DNA of 64,000 nucleotides. Source: Octopus vulgaris. Taxonomy: Eukaryota. Below the pieces are notes generated by a model. The model was not told where the DNA came from. It saw only the letters and a list, made by a program, of their open reading frames with translations, and made no database searches. The position numbers and the translations under genes were made by a program. Shown here piece by piece: positions 1 through 11,334 of the stretch. The stretch is taken from positions 39,246,001 through 39,310,000 of the forward strand of contig OX597819.1 of assembly GCA_951406725.2 (NCBI GenBank). Direction: 5' to 3'. How positions within the stretch are numbered: position 1 is the stretch's first letter; each line of letters opens with the position of its first letter.

Positions 1-174
1 TTGAAAATGAAAGATTGTAAAGAAATTATGATTTTCTTAATCATAGCTCAACTTAGACTTTAAAATTTCAGTGAAAAAAAATCATGTAAAAGTTCTTGGG
101 GTGAGATATTACTCAAATAATTTAAAACATTCCATACTCACTATTTTTATATATTACAGTAATTTATTCGTAAA

Positions 175-500
175 GGCGCATGGCTCAGTGGTTAAAGCAT
201 CGGGCTCACAAGCATGAGACAGTGAGTTCGATTTCTGGACCGGATTGTGTGTTGTGTTCTTGAGCAAGACACTCTATTTCACGTTGCTTCAGTTCACTCA
301 GCTGTAGAAATGGGTTGTGATGTCACTGGTGCCAAACTGTATCGGTCTTTCCCTTGAAAAGCATCGGTGGCGTGAAGAGGGGAGACTGATCTGCATGGGT
401 GACTGCTGGTCTTCCATAAACAACTTTACCTCGAAGAGGGAACTTTCTAATGCAATTCCATGGTCATTCATGATCGAAAGCTGGTGGTGGTCTTTACTCT
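175..500 (+). mobile_element. tRNA-derived SINE, family B
   Basis: A box TGGCTCAGTGG and B box GAGTTCGATT. Related copies at 48520-48828 (+) and 40695-41165 (-); similar head at 2008-2305. Confidence 0.85.
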
Positions 501-563
501 AAGTACTTTATAATCGTAAGTCCAGGAACTTTTTGATACTACCTCGTATAGCATGTTTTCGAT

Positions 564-800
564 CAGTGGTTCAACCATTTCTTGCTTATGGTCTCCTTTA
601 ATTCCTATTTTACTCTACTGGACCACCATAGATATGCGATGTTTATATAAAAAAAAATTCTACAATATTTTTATAATTAAATGATATTAGGAATTGCTTT
701 AAAAAATTAAAATATTTTATTCATTATAGACATATGACAAATTTATTGCACATAAATTTTCACAACAAAATCTTATATGGACCTCGATTTAGAACCACCA
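564..800. mobile_element. hAT-like MITE (degenerate)
   Basis: Ends CAGTGGTTCAACC ... TTAGAACCAC; resembles 26603-26925. Confidence 0.5.
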
Positions 801-932
801 TTTTAGATTCAGGTCATCTTCCATATGTTGTTTCTATATAGTTTACAATATATTTCAGACTCAGGCCATCTTCCATTAGTTACCATCTTTCTATGTATTA
901 CGTGTCAGTCCCTGATTACCTCCCATACTTAC

Positions 933-1050
933 CTTGTTGGTATATTCTACAATATGCTTAAGTCTCTGGTGATCTTCCATACTGACTATGCCACAGTCAA
1001 CTATACCCTTTGCATTCATCCCAACAAGAAAAGAGGTGTTAACAGCACCC
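933..1050 (-). CDS. Possible internal coding exon of an unidentified gene
   Basis: Acceptor ctctttatgtcgtcatag, consensus donor AAG|GTAAGT, one open frame GAVNTSFLVGMNAKGIVDCGIVSMEDHQRLKHIVEYTNK. No homology recognised. Confidence 0.3.
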
Positions 1051-3479
1051 CTATGACGACATAAAGAGTTGAGAACCCATAAGACAAAACAAATTCCGTA
1101 TAGTAGTGTATAAGTTGATATTCCTGCAGTAGTTTCCACTTGCCTAAAAACAGGATTTGAATGCCACATTAAGTACTTAAACACTTTATCAAGTGCTGCT
1201 CCTCATATAAACTGAGCCAGTAAGAACAGGGTTGATAATGGATGCAGTGTTATCTCAAGTGCAGAACACAAAGAATTTATTGGACTGTCATATGGATGAC
1301 ACCCTATTAATTCATATAGCTGCACAGCTAGTTCACATCACAAAGATCCAGGCATGGCCATTCTAACAAATATAAAGCAATTGTTGAAATATGGTCTACA
1401 CATGCCAAAATTCTGTTGACTTTAATATTAGTTTCAAATTTTAGCACAAGGCCAGCAAGTTCAGAGGAAGGAGTAAATCAACCCCAGTACTAATTTTATT
1501 GACCCTAAAAATATGAAAGGTAATGTCAACTTCGGTGGAATTTGAACTTAGAAAATGGAGACAGACAAAATGCTGCCAGCTCACTGCTTTCTGTTCACTT
1601 TAATCCTTAAAATCCTTTAAAATGTTTTAGCCCGAAGGCTGCAGCCATGCTGGGGCACCACAAAATTTTGTAGATGATTTGGAATATTGGATGTATAGTT
1701 TGGAATATTGGATATATGATTTCTTTTGACAAAGAAACAGGCATAGTTGTATAGTTAAGAAGTTCGCTCTGTAATATGTTTTAGAATTTGAGAGATTAAA
1801 ATCTGTGAGTGACGGTTTAGTAAATGGAAACTGGATGGAAACCAATTAGAGAAAGTTTGTCCTTAGGTAGATAAATTTATTACCTCAATTTAATGTTATT
1901 AGACAGACCTTAGTGTGACATTAGTGAACTCCAGCCTGCATGCAAGCACTCAGGCCAGACATCTGGGGAGTATAACTTGTTCCTTTCCTCTTACCAGTCT
2001 TGGAGTGAAGGCACATGGCTTAGTGGTCAAGGTATATGGCCCATGAGTTTAATTCCTTGTAGCAAGTTGTGTCCTTAAGCAAGACACTTTATTTCACTTT
2101 ACTCCGGCTCACTCAGCTGGCAAAAATGAGTTGTACCTGTAATTCAAAGGGCCAGCCTTGTCACATTCTTTGTCACACTGAATAATAATCGTACATTAAG
2201 GGTACATATGCCTGTGGAGTGCTCAGCCATTTGTACATTAATTCATGAGCAGGCTGTTCCATTGATCAAAAGGGACACTTTTCTTCATAACCAACAGAGT
2301 GCCATGCTTAGATGTCCTTAAAACAGTCAGAGCTGTTGTCATACTTGCTTTGATTAAACCATTAAAAAAAAAAGAAGATTTATAAAGTACTAAGAGATGT
2401 GTGTACAACTGACCTCTTTACCAAAATACATATTACGTCACTGGCCCGGTATTAGGTTTCAGAGAAAGTATCAGTTATCCAGGTCAACATTGTAAAGAGA
2501 AACAGTTTACTGCTGTAACCACTCTAATATTCATATATAACAGACAAAATGCTAAGGGGTGAGGGTGAGGAATATAGTTGATTAGATAAACCCCAGTATT
2601 TTATTGGTACTTATTTTAATGGTGGTAGGTAAAGCTGACTTCGTCAGGATTTGAGCTTTGAACATTGCTGATTGAAGAAACAGTGGACACGTTCTGTCCT
2701 TTAAAAAACTGGCTTTTTATAAATGCAAAAGAAATATAGACAATTAAGAAATGAAAAAATACTAATGATACTGGTACTAAAGATGATAGCAAGCTACATA
2801 GGTTTCTGGTTGAAGTCTCAAGAGCCTGTATACTGTCCACAGGGCAGCATTATTTCCATCAATAAAACAAAATATTTAACCTGTTATCACAGACCTCTGA
2901 GTTGTAAACAGCCACCAGGACTAGGCTCTGCACACTTTTATGAACAACGATTGCACAATATCCTTAATGTAGTTTGTCAACATATAATGCCAAATCTAAA
3001 TTACCAAAAACAGAAATAAATTAGACAAAAGGAGCCCAAGGGAAGAGAGAACATCAAAATACACACACACAAAACATACATACATAACATTTTCCTCAGT
3101 GAATTTATGAATACAAGTACACAATCTTTTATCCAGAACCGTTGGTGGCAGTTGTGCTCTGAATTTTGGATTTCAGAACAAAAGCCAACTGCCTCAGATA
3201 GTAAACTAAACATCAAAACAGACATCCTACTATGGTAGCAAAAGTACCATAAAGATTACAAATATTATTAGTTTATTTATAGAGTAATATACTAGAAAAT
3301 GAAATAGTGAGATAATTAAGATCACAAATAACAGAATGCATAGCGGGATAATTTAAAACAAAGATACACAACCCACAAGTTCAGGTATACACATTACCAT
3401 AATATTTCTGTAATGTGATGCACTATAAATACTATTACAATTTATTTGTATGCTAAAGCCTTAAATTGGTTCAAACTAG

Positions 3480-4172
3480 GCTAAAGATGTAGCAGCAGTT
3501 AAGTTGTAGAACAGGGGCCCATCAGTGTCACCATCATCAGGTTGCAAGCAAACTTCCGATAATTGGCCAGGAATGACATTCTCATGTGATGGAAGGAGCA
3601 TTTTTAAAGACTTCAAGTGTCAACTGTCTCATTAGCATAGGTTCTGTCTAAGCAATATCTCTTTGAGTAAACTCCCATAATCTGTTGCTCACCGATAAAT
3701 GCATGTTGTTCAAGGTCAGCTATTAACTGATCACAAATTTTCACCATATCGTCAGTAGGAATGGTTTCATATTCTTCAGTGAGCCACTGCACAGACACCC
3801 CATGATCAAGTTTCTGTAGTAACCCCATTTTCTGTACTATTGATAATGAGGTTTCTTTTTTCGTTTTCTGTTATCCATTGGGGTATCTGCAGTTCTTTTC
3901 AAACAATTTCAGGATAAATTATATGCAAAATCACGAGGAACAACACTAAGACAGTGAATTGCAAATGGACGTCTTCTCTCTATGAGTGCTGAGTCACACA
4001 TGACATTTGGCAATAAGTGGTAGCCAACCTGCCAAGCATTGCCACGTCATACCTGAATTGAGTTATGGTGGTCAGCTGTTTGCACACCTAAATGACGTAT
4101 TATGACGCACTCCACCCTTCATAAAAAATTTTCAGACTTTTTAGATTTCCGGATAAAGGGGTTGTGTACCTG
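3480..4172 (-). mobile_element. Tigger/pogo DNA transposon, internally deleted
   Basis: Terminus TA-CAGGTACACAACCCCTTTATCCGGAAATC at 4172. HTH-psq-like QKMGLLQKLDHGVSVQWLTEEY joined to C-terminal IPTDDMVKICDQLIADLEQHAFIGEQQIMGVY. Left boundary approximate. Confidence 0.75.
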
Positions 4173-4889
4173 TATGCTGACAAAGGCATTGTTGCATGAG
4201 AAACATTTTCAAATCAAGGGAGATAACTAAGATGATTTCAACACGACTGAAGTTTATATACATACATAATGATATATATATATATACATGAGACAGACGG
4301 GATTTCCTCTTTTGACCTATGATCAAAATAGAAAATCCCATCTTTTTAGAATAAAAGGTCATTATTTTAATGTTTTTTCTTTTCTTTTTTTTTTAGGGCA
4401 GATAAATAAAAGTACCAGTCTAGAGCAATGGCGAAGTGGAATTATTAGAGTTGAAAGGGTTGCCTTTGTTTTGTAGTACTTGTTCTGGCTCTCTGCATTC
4501 TGAGTTCAAATCCTGCTATGGCGTTTTTGATTAGTCGAACTTAATCACCTGGTTTGACAGCACCCTGTATGCCTTAGGTGGAGTCACTTTTTGTATTTAA
4601 ACCAGGTTTCCAGTTTGAAACTATCTTGCTCTCAACTAATACTACTACTACTACTCAAAAGTCCTATAAAGGATCTTTGGCACTACCTTTCCACCTGACA
4701 AAGCAAATAACTAAAAACCCAGTGACCATAAAAGTTCTCATTGACACAACTGATTTAACCCATTAGCATTTAAACCAGCCATATTTGGCCCAAATATTCT
4801 ATGCAGATTTTCAAATTGGCCAGACCCAGCCTCTCATGCTGACCTAAAAGTCACATCATCAAAATCTCAAAGCGACAAGATAAATACAC

Positions 4890-5190
4890 CATCATCATTA
4901 AACATCCGCTTTCCAAGCTAGCATGGGTTGAATGGCTTGACAGGAGCTAGCAAGGGGCCGCACCAAATTCCATAGACAGTTTGGGCTTGGTTTCTACAGC
5001 TGGATGCCCTTCCTGACCCCAATCACTTTACAGAGTGTACTGCATGCTTTTTATGTGGCATCATCACCAGTGTTTTACGTGGCACCTTGGTTTTTAGGAC
5101 ATCAATTCTGTTGAAACAGGCAGGTCTTTTGGAGAACAGCAATGTGCCACATAACTTGGTTCTTTTGTCATCTCCTTTGGAAGGCTCAGC
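4890..5190 (-). mobile_element. SINE family C with RTE-like 3' tail
   Basis: Tail CATCATTAAACATCCGCTTTCCAAGCTAGCATGGGTTG. Copies at 49725-49890, 53650-53990, 54141-54350, 59010-59325, 59350-59475. Confidence 0.75.
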
Positions 5191-6169
5191 AAAACAATGT
5201 AAATAACTAAGCATTACATTTGCCAGAGGAATCCAAATGTTAAAAGGTTAGAAAAGGTGATAAGATAACTAATGATTGAATTGTAATATACTCAAATTTG
5301 TTTTATCATTCAGACAGTATGTCCAGTTTGAATGTAAACTATCAGGCCTGTTGCCATACAGAGGCATCCTCATACCATACTATAATGTAGTGTGGTTGTT
5401 TAGTCTCAGGCTAGCCACATTATCAAAGTAACTGAAAGCTTGTTACCTAGGTGACCTAATCAACAATAGTGGTGGATATCAAGACAGTTGTAGTTGCCAG
5501 GCTAAGGACAAAGGTAGGAAAAGAGAGCTGTTACTTTAGTTGACAGCAAACTTCTCTCATCAAGTGTTGGGCAGACTGTATGATGTGAAATATTTGCATA
5601 GAAGCACAACCTAAGTGTTATGCAAAGGCAAAAAAAATCAGACATTCACTGTTGTGTGTTAGAAAGACTGCAATGATACAAACATGTGTATGAAGAATGA
5701 TTAAGTAAAGTGTCAAATTATTGTTGAGTCAAGTGGATGGAGCATGCAATATAAGAAAACTGAAGAAGATATGCACAGGTGATGAGGAATGGCCTTGTGA
5801 TGCCAAACCTTATTCACTAACATAATGTTCCAGTTGTGACCAAGCCATCTTTTTTTCAGCAATTTACAACAGATTTATTTCTCGAAGCTTGCCAATTGAT
5901 ATCCCAAATGACTGCAAACTAGCTTTGGTCAGTAGAAGGACATTTTGAATAATTTTAATATACTTTAGTAAAATTTTGATATTTCATGTTATATACATTA
6001 TAGTAATTGCATAATTCTTCTACTTTGGGTGTTTTTCCTTTCCTAACACTTGTTCTTGTATTATAATACCTACTGGCAGAACTGTATTTCTCGTCACATT
6101 GGCTAGTTATCGGAACACAGGCACAACTGAATTCACTTCCTTGTTCTTTTTTTTATCCTCTCTTGGTCA

Positions 6170-6399
6170 TTAACCCTTTCGTTACTGTATTCATTTTGAG
6201 ATGCTCTGTGTTTCTTTCAATTAATTGTAAATATAACAAAGAATTTAGTAAAATAACTTAGTTACCATTAAGCTACTGTTAGGATCATAAATTGTGACTA
6301 AGGTTTGGTGGTATATTTTAATGAAAAACTTATGATAAAAAGACATTTATACTACAGAGCCAGAGCCGGTTTTGGCCGGGTTAGTATCAATAGGGTTAA
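6170..6399. mobile_element. piggyBac-like MITE
   Basis: TTAA-CCCTTTCGTTAC ... GTATCAATAGGG-TTAA. Confidence 0.75.
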
Positions 6400-8043
6400 T
6401 AGTATCACATTATCAACTGCAAAAAAGGACTAAATTCACTGATCGAATACATTTTTATAATAAAAAAACAAAAAAGAAGAAACAGCAGTAAAAATGTGTC
6501 ATGTATTACAGTTCACATACAATTAACAAATAATTGCAATTTATTCCTATTTACCTGGATCCTCTATTGTTTATATAATTACTGATATGAAAATTCAATG
6601 TCTTGTCAGCAAAGAAAAATAAACTTAGCAGAATCATGGCCAACAGATGTAGGAAGAATAGTCATTTGTTTAAGACGCTTGTTTTACAATGACAGTGGTT
6701 AAGAGTTCAACCCCGCTGCACAAAACCTGGAGTTGACTGAAGCGATGTGAGTGAAATTTGATAGACAGAAACTTATTAGCAGTCAACTGGAAGAACTGCT
6801 TCTGTTGGTAGGTGGTTCTTATATCTGTTGCCCAGTTTATCAACACCATATACCCAGTGCATTTCAGACGAGTCCACTTTTCAGACCAGGTCTCTACACC
6901 AAAGATAACATCTTCCCATTAGCCTTGGGGGCACTGAAAAGGCGTTATTGGTGTATTCTTACCCTTCTCTAAGCTATAAAACAATTATGAAACAGTTACT
7001 AAGTCACAAGAGAATTGTATTTTGTACAGCAATGACTTTGAAGTTTGGATAATCAGAAATGACAGATCTGTACATCACAATAATATACTGACATATCTTG
7101 ACACTTAAATGTCTTTAAAAAAATGAGGAACTTGATTTATATGTCCAAAGAATATTTCCAAGTTCCACTTTATTAAATCAGAATCCTCAATTATTAAGGT
7201 TAATAAAAACATATACTAAAGTACCTTTCAGTCAAAAATTGTTTTGTACTAGAAAAACTAATGTATTAGTGCATAAATATTTAGCTTTTCTTTTGTGACT
7301 GAATATTATACTTTACCATCATCATTCATTTTTTTTTTCGTGAAAACTGCGATTACTTTTAATGTTCGTAAAACAAAATGATACTAGCATTCTTTCATGT
7401 CATCATATACAAGTTTCTTAGCAAGCAAAAGAGGAAGCTAGCATCGGTAGGTATTTTTGCAAATTTGACCATTTGCATTTTGTGTCAACAACACCATACC
7501 ACACTGAACCATTAAGTAGAAATGGAACATACAGTGAATCAGATAGACTAAGGCAAAAAAAATAATATTAAGAAATAAAATATGGTGCATTGTTGATTGT
7601 TAAAACCCAGCACCTTTATTTCTAAGCTGTTTTACCTCAAGACTAAAAATTCCTTGTTTATTCCAAAATGAACCACCAGCTTGTTTAGTCTCTCATTATA
7701 ACTACACTAAACAAAATTAGGGATTCCAAGCTTCTGTATCTGACATAAACTTGGACAAAGAAGTTTCTGGAATGCTTACTATCCTGACAGTATTGCTATT
7801 TTCTTGTAAACATTTTGGTGTTCATTAAAACCATTTTTTTTTACCTTTTTTTGTATAATATTATAAATTTTTCACCTTATCACTATCCTTTTTAGAAGAG
7901 AAAAACTTAAAATATTTCAATTTTTGATTCTTGTCAAGAAACAAAAACTTTATCAACATTTCTAACTGTTCAATTAAGTTAGATTCTGCTGAATATTTAC
8001 CTGTAGCAGTTAATAAATATGGGTTTTATTTGTGTCTCTATGC

Positions 8044-10182
8044 TCAGTCACAATCAGACTCATCAGACAACAAGTTCACAACATCATTTAAGGCTCTCTG
8101 TTTTTCTTTACATATTATTTGACTAGTTACAAAAATGCATTTTGACTTTCCAGGATGCTTTACTTGAATATGTTTCAAAATTTGCTGTCTTTGACTATTT
8201 TTAGCCTCACAGTGCGGACAGTGTACATATTTCAGCAAGTTCAATTGCAAGTGCTGCAACAGCTCAGCACTACATTGAAATATGAGGCCACAGTATGCGC
8301 AGCAGAATTCTTTCTCCTCTGAGTGAACGGAATCATTGTGTTGTACAAACATTTTGATAAGATTTGTGTTAAAACCACAAAGGGAACAAGAATAAAGAAG
8401 AAACATGTCTGTAGAGACATGGGTAGATAAGTGTTTTAAAAAGCAGTCAATAACTGGAAATGCTTGGCCACAGTGTGCACAAGCATAATCTTTTTTCTGT
8501 TTACTATGTACACAACGTAAATGCTCTACAAATTCATCTTGCACAAGGCTAGAAAACAAACAATTTGAAAATCCACATATATAAAAGTTCCCACCATAGA
8601 TTTCATTTTTCTCTTTAGGATATAGATTTACATTAATATAGGTAGTCTTTGAATTAAGTGGTTCTGTTTTTATTTTAGTAACATTGTCAACATTTGAAGA
8701 AACTACTAAATTAGATTCCTCAGATGTGGACTCTTTATTTGATATCACATTTGAATGTGGAGATTCTACAATCAACTTCCCAGATTCAAGTTCAGTTACT
8801 CTGGATAAATTATTTTCAGCAGGTTCAAACAATGTACTATCATCAATCACATATGCATTAGAAGCTAATGTTTTCTTTACAGACTCAAAAGTACTAAGTG
8901 ATTGTTTAGAAAGTTTAGTTGACTCCAAATAGTCATCAGATAAAGGCTCCACTAAATCTAAGTCAATAACCTTTCCATCTGATATATTCCTCTTGACATC
9001 TCTAACAGACCAAACTGCTTCAACCTTAATGTTGTTGCCACAATCTGACTGGCCAGGCATTTCTTCTTTTTCACCTGGCTGGAATAATAGCTTTGGATAA
9101 ATCTCAGGTTTATGTCCAAGTAGTTTAGAAATTGTTTTATTGTTTAGGAGTAAACGGTTGTAGGAAGTAGTAGGAGTCTGTTTCAAATGTTTTAAAGCAT
9201 TTTTGTCTGAAGATTTTGGTTTCAAATTTGGTTTATGGACATTTAAGCTAATTACACTTTGGTTTGACACAGGAGGGTTCGTTTTAGGTGCATCAGTCAT
9301 GTGTAAATATGTGTAAATATTATTAGACAATGATACACTAGGAGAAACTACAGTTGGGCTAGTTGCTAGCGAATTAGACTGAACATTAGGTGGTGGGATA
9401 CTTGCAGGAGTATATATGTTTGAATAAGGTGTAGTTGCAATAAGATTCATTACACCAGGCTCCAAAGTTTGAGGGAATTTTGCATATGGCAGTATTTTGT
9501 ATTTGGCAGTATTAACTGGTGAAACTACAGGTAGAGTAGGTGTTACCAAATTAGGGCGAACAAAAAATCCTAAAATGTCTTGATTTTGGTTATTAACCTG
9601 AACATTGGTTGCAAGTGCATATGGAGCAAGAGAAGTGGTAGTTGCTGTTGGGACATTAGAAGCAAATGTTTTTGTAGCTGAGGATTCAGTCACAGGTGTG
9701 ACTGGAACTGAACTTACAGGTATTTGTTTGTTTGAAGATCCAATGAGAAGTGGCTGGTAACCAAAAGAATTGGTTGTGTTTGGAATATTAATAATAATAG
9801 GTGGCACAGCTTCAGAAACTTTGACAGAACTCTGTACTTCAGGTGCAGCACAAACGATTTGAAAATTCTGGTTTGAAGGTGTTTGTATAGTACCTAAATA
9901 GTTTTTTGGTAATATATTTGGCAATAAAACAGGAGATTTCTTCTGAAAAGTTGCATGTTTTTTCTGATTGGGTGAGTAAGACATTTGCTTTTGTGAAAGA
10001 TTAACAGGTCCAGCTGTTACAGGTGATAAAATTATAGGTGAATCACTTTTTGAAGATCCAGTAGAGGTTTTTTCCTTGTTATGCTTGGCCATCTCTTGAG
10101 ATGGAGTGTCAGTCGAGGCATCACTGATAATTAGAGAATTAGTTTGTCCTGGTAATCCATCTAATTTCAGTTGGCCGTCTAG
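8044..10182 (-). CDS. C2H2 zinc-finger protein, C-terminal part (in-frame continuation after the UGA; five C-terminal fingers)
   Basis: Open from 10182 to TGA 8046-8044 (then GCA TAG), same frame as the upstream ORF. S/T/P/N-rich middle. Fingers CGFSNC..H..H, CAHC..H..H, CSLC..H..H, CAYC..H (degenerate), CPHC..H..H. SUMO-type motifs IKVE, IKTE and SIM-like VIDL. Confidence 0.85.
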   Translation of the reverse strand, partial: LDGQLKLDGLPGQTNSLIISDASTDTPSQEMAKHNKEKTSTGSSKSDSPIILSPVTAGPVNLSQKQMSYSPNQKKHATFQKKSPVLLPNILPKNYLGTIQTPSNQNFQIVCAAPEVQSSVKVSEAVPPIIINIPNTTNSFGYQPLLIGSSNKQIPVSSVPVTPVTESSATKTFASNVPTATTTSLAPYALATNVQVNNQNQDILGFFVRPNLVTPTLPVVSPVNTAKYKILPYAKFPQTLEPGVMNLIATTPYSNIYTPASIPPPNVQSNSLATSPTVVSPSVSLSNNIYTYLHMTDAPKTNPPVSNQSVISLNVHKPNLKPKSSDKNALKHLKQTPTTSYNRLLLNNKTISKLLGHKPEIYPKLLFQPGEKEEMPGQSDCGNNIKVEAVWSVRDVKRNISDGKVIDLDLVEPLSDDYLESTKLSKQSLSTFESVKKTLASNAYVIDDSTLFEPAENNLSRVTELESGKLIVESPHSNVISNKESTSEESNLVVSSNVDNVTKIKTEPLNSKTTYINVNLYPKEKNEIYGGNFYICGFSNCLFSSLVQDEFVEHLRCVHSKQKKDYACAHCGQAFPVIDCFLKHLSTHVSTDMFLLYSCSLCGFNTNLIKMFVQHNDSVHSEEKEFCCAYCGLIFQCSAELLQHLQLNLLKYVHCPHCEAKNSQRQQILKHIQVKHPGKSKCIFVTSQIICKEKQRALNDVVNLLSDESDCD

Positions 10183-10917
10183 TCACTTGACTGGCGGCAC
10201 ACACTGTTCTCTGAAGAATTTTTCCTCAAAACTCTTTCTTGGCTGACATGCCTGAAGATTATCTTTCTTTGCAATAGGCATCTGATTCAAAGGTGTTTTC
10301 GCAGCAGACATAATTTTCACCATTGAAGATGACTTTACAGAAGATGGCTGAATGATTCCATGAGATGAGCAAGCAGTTTTGGTAGCAGTGATAGGTATAG
10401 GAGAACTTGGCTGTGGAGTAGACATTGAAGAGCTAATATTTTGTTGATCTACATGGGAATCAGTTACAGGAACTGATGTCACTTTTTCTGGGTTTACAAT
10501 ATCCTCAAAAGGAACAAGACTAAACATTAAATTCTTACTTGCATGTTTTACAGAATGGTGATTTTTAATAGAAGTGACTTTAGAAAAATAGCCACGACAA
10601 TGGAAACACCGTAACAAGAAAGTAGTTGTAGAAGGAGTTTTACCTTCCAGGTATGGCTCTTCAAGTTGAAGCAGGAGTTTCTTGTATTTCTTTTTTTCAT
10701 TATCTGGCTGATTAGTTGTAGCGATCCTTTTCTTGTTGAAAGAACGACACATTGAGATGTGTGCATCGAATAAGCCATGGTCATCTGTAGTGAATTTACA
10801 ACCAGAACACCGCTGTACACCATACTTTGACCAATCAACTGAACTCGGTGGTTTTGTTTTGGAATTATTTTCACCACTTTCTGCTGCCTGTGACTCATCT
10901 TTCTCATTCAGATTCAT
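10183..10917 (-). CDS. C2H2 zinc-finger protein, N-terminal part (244 aa if terminated at the first UGA)
   Basis: First in-frame ATG at 10917 (AAAATGA) after a strong acceptor (tttcttctctttccag|G, exon start 11105). Fingers CSGCKFTTDDHGLFDAHISMC and CFHCRGYFSKVTSIKNHHSVKH. Ends at TGA 10185-10183. Confidence 0.85.
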   Translation of the reverse strand: MNLNEKDESQAAESGENNSKTKPPSSVDWSKYGVQRCSGCKFTTDDHGLFDAHISMCRSFNKKRIATTNQPDNEKKKYKKLLLQLEEPYLEGKTPSTTTFLLRCFHCRGYFSKVTSIKNHHSVKHASKNLMFSLVPFEDIVNPEKVTSVPVTDSHVDQQNISSSMSTPQPSSPIPITATKTACSSHGIIQPSSVKSSSMVKIMSAAKTPLNQMPIAKKDNLQACQPRKSFEEKFFREQCVPPVK

Positions 10918-11334
10918 TTTTGTTTGTTTATTTTCTTTTACCCTTTTCCCCACCACTCTTTGCCTTCGTATCAGAAGTTTCTGTATATCTAGCACATTAG
11001 AAACTTTATCAAAACATTTGTCCACTTAGACTATTTCTAACATGTGATGAATCGACTGACGCCTTTTTTGTAAAAAAACACAAATCGGTTTCCAAATAGT
11101 GGTCCCTGGAAAGAGAAGAAATATAAAATATGAACTTTTAAAGCCAAACAAATTTGACAGAAATTTTTAAAATTAAATTATCAGTCATAGAAAACTATGC
11201 CAAACAATATTCATGAAGTGTATATATATTAAAAATATAGTTTAACGCCCCACCCCACACACACCACTACCACCAATATCGGAAATCTTGCTTATCTAAC
11301 CGGAAATCCCCTTCCGTACTGGTAGTCTCCTCTC

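Noticed and set aside
175-250. tRNA-like sequence
   Set aside because: It is a SINE head with no complete cloverleaf.
10918-11025. GTG start of the 280-aa ORF in the track
   Set aside because: Eukaryotic gene; the first in-frame ATG in good context is 10917.
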